Assembly: GCA_009695195.1 (NCBI GenBank)
Contig: SIBJ01000102.1
Location: 1 to 14,186, forward strand
DNA: 14,186 nt
Direction: 5' to 3'
Source of the DNA: Pedosphaera sp.
GTDB taxonomy: Bacteria; Verrucomicrobiota; Verrucomicrobiia; Limisphaerales; JADLHS01
Part shown: positions 7,546 to 14,056 of the stretch, in pieces
Layout of the letters: every line of letters starts with the position of its first letter
Numbering within the stretch: position 1 is the stretch's first letter
The notes under the pieces: generated by a model
What the model saw: only the letters and a program-made list of their open reading frames with translations
Databases searched by the model: none
What the model was told of the DNA's origin: nothing
Made by a program: the position numbers and the translations under genes

Positions 7546-7561
7546 TACTGTCGCGCCCGCC

Positions 7562-8602
7562 ATGTCACAAAACCGCAGCTACAAATTTTGTTTCGGTCCG
7601 TGGAATATCAGCGAAGGCCAGGACCCGTACGGCCCGACCACCCGCCCGCCGCAATCCTTCGATTGGAAACTCGCGAAGCTCAAGAAACTCGGCTTCGACG
7701 CGATGATGTTTCACGACGACGACGCGGTGCCGGACATTGACGCGAAGTCCGCCGCGCAAGTCCGCAAAGAGACGCGCGAGTTGAAGAAAAAACTTTCCGA
7801 CGCCGGCGTCGCCGCCGAGATGGTCGCGCCGCGATTGTGGTTTGACCCGCGCACGATTGACGGCGGCTACACCAGCAACGATCCCAAGTGCCGCCGCTAC
7901 GCCATCGAGCGTTCGCTCCGCTGCATTGACGTGGCGAACCAGCTCGGCACCGACCTCATCGTGCTCTGGTTCGCGCGCGAGGGCAGCTACATCCGCGAGG
8001 CGAAGAACGCCCGCCGCTGCGTGGACCAACTCGTCACGGCGCTGGATCGGATGCTCGCGCACGACAAAACAATCCGCCTCTCCATCGAGCCGAAGCCCAA
8101 CGAACCGATGGACCACGCCTACATCCCGACCATCGGCCACGCCCTCGCCATCGCCCAACTCACGCGCGATCCGAAACGCGTCGGCTGTTTGATCGAGAGC
8201 GCGCACGCGATACTCGCCGGCCTCGATCCCGCGGATGAAATTGATTTCGCCATGTCGTTCGGAAAACTCTGGTCGCTGCATCTCAACGACCAGAACGGTT
8301 TGAAGTTCGATCAGGACAAACCCTTCGGCAGCGCGAACCTGCGCGTCGCTTTCAATCAAGTCCGCGCGCTCGAACGCAACGGCTACGGCAGGCACGGCGA
8401 GTACGTCTGCTTCGACGTGCATCCGTTCCGCACCACGAAGCCCGCGCATTGGCTCGCGCATCTGAGCAACAGCCGGCGCACTTTCCTGAAGCTGGTGAAA
8501 AAATCGCGCACGTATCCGGAGAAGCAGGCGCAGGCCTTGATCGCGGACCGCGATTACGCCGCGCTCGACCAGTTGGTGATCGAACACCTGTTGGGGAAAT
8601 AG
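7562..8602 (+). CDS. xylA: xylose isomerase (class I, actinobacterial-type short XylA)
   Basis: Start moved to the ATG at 7562 (MSQNRSYKFCFGPWN). The protein aligns along its whole length with class I XylA. Matching blocks are FCFGPWN...DPYG, MMFHDDDAVP (catalytic His), GGYTSNDPKCRRYAIERSLRCIDVANQLG, LWFAREGSY, IEPKPNEP, PTIGHALA, HLNDQNGLKFDQD and LDQLVIEHLLGK. The track ORF start at 7397 adds an unsupported N-terminal extension that overlaps the epimerase start. Confidence 0.9.
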   Translation: MSQNRSYKFCFGPWNISEGQDPYGPTTRPPQSFDWKLAKLKKLGFDAMMFHDDDAVPDIDAKSAAQVRKETRELKKKLSDAGVAAEMVAPRLWFDPRTIDGGYTSNDPKCRRYAIERSLRCIDVANQLGTDLIVLWFAREGSYIREAKNARRCVDQLVTALDRMLAHDKTIRLSIEPKPNEPMDHAYIPTIGHALAIAQLTRDPKRVGCLIESAHAILAGLDPADEIDFAMSFGKLWSLHLNDQNGLKFDQDKPFGSANLRVAFNQVRALERNGYGRHGEYVCFDVHPFRTTKPAHWLAHLSNSRRTFLKLVKKSRTYPEKQAQALIADRDYAALDQLVIEHLLGK

Positions 8603-8606
8603 TCCG

Positions 8607-8678
8607 GGAGCGCCGAGCACCGTCTCGGCCAGTTGGAATCGGGTCTTCGCTACGAGCCGAGGCGGTGCTCGGCGCTCC
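8607..8678. terminator. strong hairpin between convergent xylA and deacetylase genes (putative bidirectional terminator)
   Basis: Perfect 16-bp inverted repeat: GGAGCGCCGAGCACCG at 8607-8622 and CGGTGCTCGGCGCTCC at 8663-8678. It extends by about 7 more bp with one mismatch (TCTCGGC / GCCGAGG), giving a loop of about 26 nt. It is followed by TTGAAATTTCC, so there is no long T-tract. It starts 5 bp after the xylA stop. Confidence 0.55.
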
Positions 8679-8740
8679 TTGAAATTTCCGTCTGCGTTCC
8701 CGCCCTTGGGAGAGTGAACGTCACCTCGCTGATCGAGAGA

Positions 8741-10522
8741 TCAAGGTTGTGGTGGTTTGCTGGCTGCCTTTTCAACCGTTTCAAAAGCCGCCTTGGCCCG
8801 CTCGAATTCCTGCTCGATGTCCTTTCCTTCGTAGAACCATAGCCGGCCGCGCACGCGCACGGTTTCGCCCGGCGGACAATCGGCGAACACCTGGTCCGCG
8901 TGGATGCAAGGAACGAGCGGTTGCGCCCACGAACGCCCGCAGCGCTCCCAGGCCGTCAGAATCCAACGATCTTTGCCAGCCGAATGGACGGCGGCGACCG
9001 GGCACTTCAGAAATTTATTCGTGGTGGTCTGGTCGTTGAAATCCTTGGCGCCCTTCAGATGTCCGCAGATTTGCACGCGCAGTTTGGTCAAGGCCTGATC
9101 TGAATCGTTGCGCAACCAGAGTTCCATGTCCACGCGGTTGGTGTTCGGATGAATGGATGCGCCAAAGGCAACTCGATTGGGCAGCACGCGTTCGTGCGTC
9201 AAATCACCGGCCGGCCCGCGCGTCCAATCCATATTTGTAATGACGACGTTTTGCTGGTCCCAAATCGTGGGAATGTGCGTGTGCGCGAGAAAGAGCAGCC
9301 CGCGCTCGCAGAAGATCGCCTCCGGCAAATCCACGACCACGTAGCTCGTCGGGTCCCACGGCAGGAACACGCTGGCCTTCGTGCCGCGCTGCCAGTCGAG
9401 ATTGGCGAAGAAGCCGCGCCGGACTTCGCGCCCACCGGGATACGGCAGAACCTGAACCCGCCCAGCCGGCGGTTTCCCGGGCGGAACGTCACGATTGATG
9501 CGCCATTCATCCGCCCTGGCCTGGACTTCCTTCGCGGACCAGCCGAACACCCGCGCCGCTTCGTCCGCGGTGAACCGGTGATTGATCAGCATATTCTCCA
9601 GCCAGTAACGCGGCTCGCGCCGGGTGGCGTCCATTTCGACGGGCAGGATCAGCTTGTCGGGCGGACGGGAAGGTTGTCGCACCGTCAGCAGCGGATCCGC
9701 TGGGAGATGCTCCCGATCAAGGTAAGGCTCAAGCTCGCGAAGGGCGAGGCAGCGAAAATTGTTCTCCTTGAGATACGTCATGTATTCACGGAAGCGATCC
9801 GGCGGCGTATGCACCCAAGGATGCGCCACGTCCGGCACGCCGTGGAACTGCAGGACGGCGATCTGACCGTTGGTCGCGCGCGCGACGACTTCCTTCAAGT
9901 GCTCGAGCGTCCAGTTTGGATAAGCGTCGCCCGTCGTCGGGATGAGCAGCGGATGCTGGCGCTTGGGATCGTAGGTCGCGCCGATCTCCAGCGTCCCGTA
10001 GCGGGCCTCCGGCATTTCGCCTCGCCGGGCGAACTGGTAACCCAGTTCTGTGAGCCGCTGCACCGCCTCGGGCCCGAAGGTGTTGCCGCAATAGGCGAAA
10101 CTGATGGGCCGGGGCACTTTGGGTTTAGTTTGCTCCAACTCGCGATCAACCAAGGAAAGCTCCCCGGCGAGACGGGCCGCATTCCGGGGTTGGGAAAAAT
10201 CGCTGTGCGTCCAACTGTGATTGCCGATCTCGAAACCCATTCCGTGGATTTCCCCGATCTCCTGCCAGCTCATGAAATTCGTCGGATCGTTCATCCACGA
10301 GTGCGTGACAAAAAACGTCGCGCCAAAGCCCAACTCCTTCAGCAACGGTGCGACAAACGTCCGATGCGATTTGACCGCGTCGTCGAACGTGAGCACGACG
10401 AGCTTGTCCGGGACCGGCTGCGGCGGCGCGGCAAAGGTGTACCGGCCGCCGCCCGCCAACATCGCCAAGACGATGAGGGAGCGGCTCACGAAACCTCGGT
10501 CGAGATGCCAGATCAGCTTCAA
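8741..10522 (-). CDS. secreted polysaccharide deacetylase (CE4/NodB domain) fused to a large uncharacterised C-terminal domain
   Basis: 593 aa with a signal-peptide-like N-terminus (SLIVLAMLAGGGRYTFAAPP). NodB motifs are LTFDDA (motif 1) and EIGNHSWTH (motif 2, metal-binding His pair). About 330 C-terminal residues match no family I know. The start at 10522 overlaps the stop of the cyclase gene by 4 nt. Confidence 0.8.
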   Translation of the reverse strand: MKLIWHLDRGFVSRSLIVLAMLAGGGRYTFAAPPQPVPDKLVVLTFDDAVKSHRTFVAPLLKELGFGATFFVTHSWMNDPTNFMSWQEIGEIHGMGFEIGNHSWTHSDFSQPRNAARLAGELSLVDRELEQTKPKVPRPISFAYCGNTFGPEAVQRLTELGYQFARRGEMPEARYGTLEIGATYDPKRQHPLLIPTTGDAYPNWTLEHLKEVVARATNGQIAVLQFHGVPDVAHPWVHTPPDRFREYMTYLKENNFRCLALRELEPYLDREHLPADPLLTVRQPSRPPDKLILPVEMDATRREPRYWLENMLINHRFTADEAARVFGWSAKEVQARADEWRINRDVPPGKPPAGRVQVLPYPGGREVRRGFFANLDWQRGTKASVFLPWDPTSYVVVDLPEAIFCERGLLFLAHTHIPTIWDQQNVVITNMDWTRGPAGDLTHERVLPNRVAFGASIHPNTNRVDMELWLRNDSDQALTKLRVQICGHLKGAKDFNDQTTTNKFLKCPVAAVHSAGKDRWILTAWERCGRSWAQPLVPCIHADQVFADCPPGETVRVRGRLWFYEGKDIEQEFERAKAAFETVEKAASKPPQP

Positions 10523-12165
10523 ATCTTCTCCCCTGATCTACCTACCAGCAGGTAGGTGAGCACCCGGCCCTTCCCTTTCACGCGCAGGACGCGACCGGGT
10601 TTGAAGCGGAATTTTTTCTTGAGCAACTTGTGCGTCGCCGCCGTCACGAGGATGCCGCCGGCGGGCGCGTAGGTTTCCATGCGGCTCGCGAGGTTGACGG
10701 TGTCGCCCCACAAATCGTAGGCAAATTTTTTCCGCCCGATCACACCCGCGACCACGGGCCCGCTGTTGATGCCGACTCTCATGCGGAACGGCCCGCCCGC
10801 GCTGCGATGGCGCGCAACTTCCTGCTGCATGTCCAGCGCGAGCATCGCCACGGCTTCGGCATGATCGGCGCGGGGAGTGGGCACGCCACCCGCCACCATG
10901 AACGCGTCGCCGATCATCTTGATTTTCTCAAGACCGTGCCGCTCGCACAGTTCGTCGAACGCGGAAAAGATTTCGTTCAACCGGCCCACCAGTTCGCGCG
11001 GCGGCGTCACGCTCGAATACTTTGTGAAGTCCACGAAGTCCGTGAACAGCACCGTCACTTCCGAAAAACCATCCGCGATCTCCGCCTCGCCTTGCTTCAA
11101 TCGCTCGGCGATGGCCTGCGGCAGGATGTTCAGCAGCAGCCGCTCCGACGTGTCCCGCTCCGCCTGCAACTGTTGCAGGAAAATCGTCTCCTGATCGTGC
11201 AATCGTTTTTTCGTTAGCGACGATTCGATGCGCGCCATCAGCAACGTCGGGTTGAACGGCTTCGGCAGAAAATCATCCGCGCCAAGCTGGATGCAGTTCA
11301 CCACGGTCTCGGCCTGATCGGTCGAGGAAAGCATCACGACCGGAATGTGACGCGTGGCGGCGTCGGCTTTCAACCGTTGCAAAACCTCCACGCCATTCAC
11401 GCCGGGCATCATGATGTCCAACAAAATCAAATCCACCACGCGACCGGCGACAAATTCCAGCGCGCGCTCGCCGTTCTCCGCCAGTTCAACCGAGTACCCC
11501 AGCCGCGACAGCCGCCGTGAGAGCATCTCGCGGTTCTCCTCCAGATCGTCCACCACGAGAATCACGCCGCCCGCGCGCGCGGGCTTCACCGCCGACGCCT
11601 TCATGCGCACCGGTGACCAGTCAATCAGCGGCGGGACGAGCCGGAAGAACGCTGTGTCGCTCTCACCCGCGGCGGCGACCAAAGTCGTGAGCGCCGATTG
11701 CGCGGATTCGAGCGCGTGCCGCGCCGCGCCGGCGATGCGCGCAAGGTCGTCCTGAAAAACTTCATCCTTCTCCGCGCGCGATTCGCGGGCCAACCGGTCG
11801 GCGGCGGCGACAATTTCTGCGGCGGCGTCGGCGATTTGCCGTTGCAACGTCCGCACGCCAACCGGCGAGGATCTTATTTTGCGCGCGTCGAGCGACTCGT
11901 TCACGTGCGCCAACATCCGGTTGGCGGTGCGGCAGATGAGTTCCAGTTCGGCGCACAACGCATTGCGGCCCTGCGCCTGCGCGTCCTCGAGCAACATGTC
12001 CGCGAAGCCGAGGACGTGGCCGATGGAATTGCGGAGGTCATGCCGCACCTTCGAGACGCGCAGTCCGAAGGGAGACGTATCGTCGGTCCCTGCGGTAACG
12101 GAATCTTTATGAACGCGTGCCGCTCGCTTCATACAGAATGAAAATGATCTGGCCGCATAATCCAC
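10519..12165 (-). CDS. hybrid signalling protein: HisKA dimerisation/phospho-acceptor domain (no HATPase_c) - receiver (REC) - class III adenylate/guanylate cyclase
   Basis: HisKA H-box: RHDLRNSIGHVLGFADML. REC: ILVVDDLEENREML...LLDIMMPGVNG...PVVMLSS...GADDFLPKPF. Cyclase: VTVLFTDFVDFT, IGDAFMVAGG and GDTVNLASRMET, which are the metal-binding aspartates and transition-state residues. There is no ATP-binding N/G1/F/G2 region between HisKA and REC. The track start at 12165 is a GTG. An in-frame ATG at 12132 (MKRAARVH...) is the more conservative start, giving 10519..12132. Confidence 0.85.
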   Translation of the reverse strand: MDYAARSFSFCMKRAARVHKDSVTAGTDDTSPFGLRVSKVRHDLRNSIGHVLGFADMLLEDAQAQGRNALCAELELICRTANRMLAHVNESLDARKIRSSPVGVRTLQRQIADAAAEIVAAADRLARESRAEKDEVFQDDLARIAGAARHALESAQSALTTLVAAAGESDTAFFRLVPPLIDWSPVRMKASAVKPARAGGVILVVDDLEENREMLSRRLSRLGYSVELAENGERALEFVAGRVVDLILLDIMMPGVNGVEVLQRLKADAATRHIPVVMLSSTDQAETVVNCIQLGADDFLPKPFNPTLLMARIESSLTKKRLHDQETIFLQQLQAERDTSERLLLNILPQAIAERLKQGEAEIADGFSEVTVLFTDFVDFTKYSSVTPPRELVGRLNEIFSAFDELCERHGLEKIKMIGDAFMVAGGVPTPRADHAEAVAMLALDMQQEVARHRSAGGPFRMRVGINSGPVVAGVIGRKKFAYDLWGDTVNLASRMETYAPAGGILVTAATHKLLKKKFRFKPGRVLRVKGKGRVLTYLLVGRSGEKI

Positions 12166-12326
12166 AACCTCGCTAAGCCGCCGCGAAGGATCTTGGACTG
12201 TGGCGGGAAGCGAAGCGCCACGCCGCTTTGGACCGGGGACATCCGCTCAAAAAGCGGTGTCGTCGCTGCGCTCTGCCACCGCAGTCCAAAGCTTCGTGTC
12301 ATGGCTTGTATTCTTGGTTCGCACCG

Positions 12327-12710
12327 TCACGCCGAAGGCGGACGCCGGCGCGCGAGGAAGCCCTCGATCTTCTCGAACAGCCGCGGGAAATCGAACGGCT
12401 TCGTTTCGTAATCATCGCAGCCCGCGGCGAGGGATTTCTCCTCATCGCCCTGCATCGCGTGCGCGGTGACGGCGATGACGGGAATCTTGCCGAGCTTCGG
12501 ATCGGCCTTGAGCTGGCGCGTGGCCGCCCAGCCGTCCGTGCCGGGCAGACCCATGTCCATGAGGATCAAGTCCGGCAATTCCGCGCGCGCCAGCGCGAGA
12601 CCGGCGTCCGCGTTCTCGGCGGTCAACACCTGATGGCCTTTGCGCTCAAGCCGCCGCGTGACGAGGATGCGATTGTTCTCGGTGTCCTCGATATAAAGAA
12701 TCTTGGCCAT
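12327..12710 (-). CDS. stand-alone response-regulator receiver domain protein (CheY/Spo0F-like)
   Basis: 127 aa. MAKILYIEDTENN (acidic pocket), LILMDMGLPGTDG (phospho-acceptor Asp), VIAVTAH and KPFDF (conserved Thr and Lys). No output domain. Confidence 0.85.
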   Translation of the reverse strand: MAKILYIEDTENNRILVTRRLERKGHQVLTAENADAGLALARAELPDLILMDMGLPGTDGWAATRQLKADPKLGKIPVIAVTAHAMQGDEEKSLAAGCDDYETKPFDFPRLFEKIEGFLARRRPPSA

Positions 12711-12846
12711 GCGTTTGGTTTAGCGCGAAGCCGCCGCGAAGTCGAGCCGAAGGAAAATGAAAAATGTTCCGCCCGCCACGCGACACGCGGCAGCGGTTCA
12801 ATGCGATTTCGTCCAAAGCACGAGGAGTAGTCGTGAATCGTTTTTC

Positions 12847-12879
12847 AACGCAAAGCCGCAAAGCCGCAAAGCCGCAAAG
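12847..12879. repeat. tandem octamer repeat (CAAAGCCG x ~3.6)
   Basis: ACG CAAAGCCG CAAAGCCG CAAAGCCG CAAAG read directly from 12847 to 12879. It is immediately followed by the small hairpin AAATCCC-AAA-GGGATTT at 12882-12898. Confidence 0.9.
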
Positions 12880-12906
12880 AAAAATCCCAAAGGGATTTCG
12901 TCATTT

Positions 12907-13075
12907 AGCCCGGGGTTGCGAGGAACGAGTTACCCTGGGTTGACGATGGAAGAAATCAAAACCCCAACGGGGTTTCATCAACCGGGCGCGGCGGGCGATG
13001 CAACCCCGTTGGGGTGGAAAATTATTTCGTGGGGCGGTTGACCCAGGGTAGCTCGTTCCTCGCAACCGCTGGGCT
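12907..13075. repeat. extended imperfect palindrome (~165 bp): 26-28-bp outer stem, asymmetric internal loop, inner stem
   Basis: The outer arm GGTTGCGAGGAACGAGTTACCCTGGGT (12914-12940) pairs with ACCCAGGGTAGCTCGTTCCTCGCAACC (13041-13067), with a C/T mismatch at the centre of the arm. The flanking AGCCC / GGGCT also pair. An internal asymmetric loop of about 22 nt on one side and 27 nt on the other follows. The inner stem is AAACCCCAACGGGGTTTCATC (left arm), paired with GATGCAACCCCGTTGGGGTGG on the right. The apical region is AACCGGGCGCGGCGGGC. Confidence 0.8.
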
Positions 13076-13130
13076 GAGTGCTGGAATCCCGTTGGGATTC
13101 TCAAAAAGGAACGCCAAGGCGCACCAAATG

Positions 13131-13207
13131 GCGTAGCGGCGACTCGGCAGAGCGCCGCCGTTTGGGATTTAGTCAGCGGCGGTCTGCCGACGCGCCGCTA
13201 CGGCGCA
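13131..13207. repeat. REP-like palindromic element, copy B (~31-bp imperfect stem, 15-nt loop)
   Basis: Left arm GGCGTAGCGGCGACTCGGCAGAGCGCCGCCG, loop TTTGGGATTTAGTCA, right arm GCGGCGGTCTGCCGACGCGCCGCTACGGCGC. It shares the same block order as copy A at 6529-6610. Confidence 0.8.
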
Positions 13208-13297
13208 GGGAAAACTGGAGAGCTGCTTTGCGTCCCTGCGACTTGGCGTTAAAATTGGTCGCGGGGACCACGGTGGGCGAGCCGTTTCCGTTTCCAA

Positions 13298-13843
13298 CTA
13301 AAACAAGGGCAACTCCCGCCTGTATTCGGGCCGCAAACCTGACGCGAGATACTTGTCGATTTCATATCGGAGGTGCTCCTCGATGAATTTTTGCCCCATC
13401 TTCTCATACATTTGCAAGAACCCCATGACGATTGTGTTCAGGCAATTGGCAGGTATGTGTTCACCTCGCTGCTTTGCCGCAGCCCGAAACGCCGTGACCA
13501 CCCTGGAGTATATCTCAATGATTTTCTCGTCTGAGGTTTTTCCCGTTGGGGGACAACCATTGCAAGCCCCAATTTGGCGAAACCCTGCGACGATCAGCTT
13601 GCCGCCGGTTGCCTGAGCCGCCTCCAAAGCTGTCCCCGGCCGAGCGAACCAACTCCGCAGGAAAAAGGGCCAAAGGAGAAGTGCAGCGGCGAAGACCAAT
13701 GCGTAGAAGACGAGAAATTTCCAAAGAGGAATGTGGCGCGCTTCCACGTCCTTGTCCCGCAGGAACCTCCTGGCGCGGGTACAAGTAATAATGGCGAGCC
13801 CGACTAGCGCATAGGCGATAAGGATGGCAGGCCACATTTTCAC
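13298..13843 (-). CDS. hypothetical membrane protein (two N-terminal TM helices, C-terminal soluble domain with CNGCPP motif); lower-GC gene
   Basis: 181-aa ORF. Predicted TM helices are WPAILIAYALVGLAIITC and LVFYALVFAAALLLWPFF. GC is about 52% by eye, against about 63% nearby. No family recognised. It is the only long ORF in this region that does not cross a palindrome. Confidence 0.5.
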   Translation of the reverse strand: MKMWPAILIAYALVGLAIITCTRARRFLRDKDVEARHIPLWKFLVFYALVFAAALLLWPFFLRSWFARPGTALEAAQATGGKLIVAGFRQIGACNGCPPTGKTSDEKIIEIYSRVVTAFRAAAKQRGEHIPANCLNTIVMGFLQMYEKMGQKFIEEHLRYEIDKYLASGLRPEYRRELPLF

Positions 13844-14056
13844 AGCAGTGAAAGCTCAGGTCACCGGTTTGAGGAATTGTCGCGGATGTTCTGCCGAAAA
13901 GGCGGGCGTGGTCTGGTCCTCTTTGACAGCGAATGTATAAACAATGCCGCGGTCCCGTGCAAAAACGATGGCGGCATTGGGCGCTCGGCTGGCCTGGTTG
14001 CGTGTCATTTTAGTGTTTTCGTTGCAATCTTGACCCCCCACTGCGGATCCCAATGC

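Noticed and set aside
7397-7561. N-terminal extension of the xylA ORF (start 7397) overlapping the epimerase gene start
   Set aside because: Homology to class I xylose isomerase begins exactly at the ATG at 7562 (MSQNRSYKFCFGPWN). The upstream part overlaps the divergent gene and its promoter region.
12847-12879. Possible CRISPR array (tandem octamer) and the TGTCGGACA repeats at 14057-14160
   Set aside because: The octamer units are contiguous, with no spacers. The TGTCGGACA units recur every 21-23 bp in only 3-4 copies, so the intervening unique sequence is about 12 bp. Neither fits CRISPR repeat/spacer geometry of roughly 28-37-bp repeats and 30-40-bp spacers.
12757-13386. ORFs 12757..13041+, 12901..13104-, 13078..13386+ in the leader region
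   Set aside because: All run straight through the tandem repeat, the 165-bp palindrome or the REP-like element. Their composition is low-complexity and no family is recognisable.
13913-13931. TTGACA (13913-13918) followed by TATAAA (13926-13931), noticed as a sigma70-like promoter
   Set aside because: The two hexamers are separated by only 7 bp, far from the roughly 17-bp spacing required. No better -10 element lies at the right distance.
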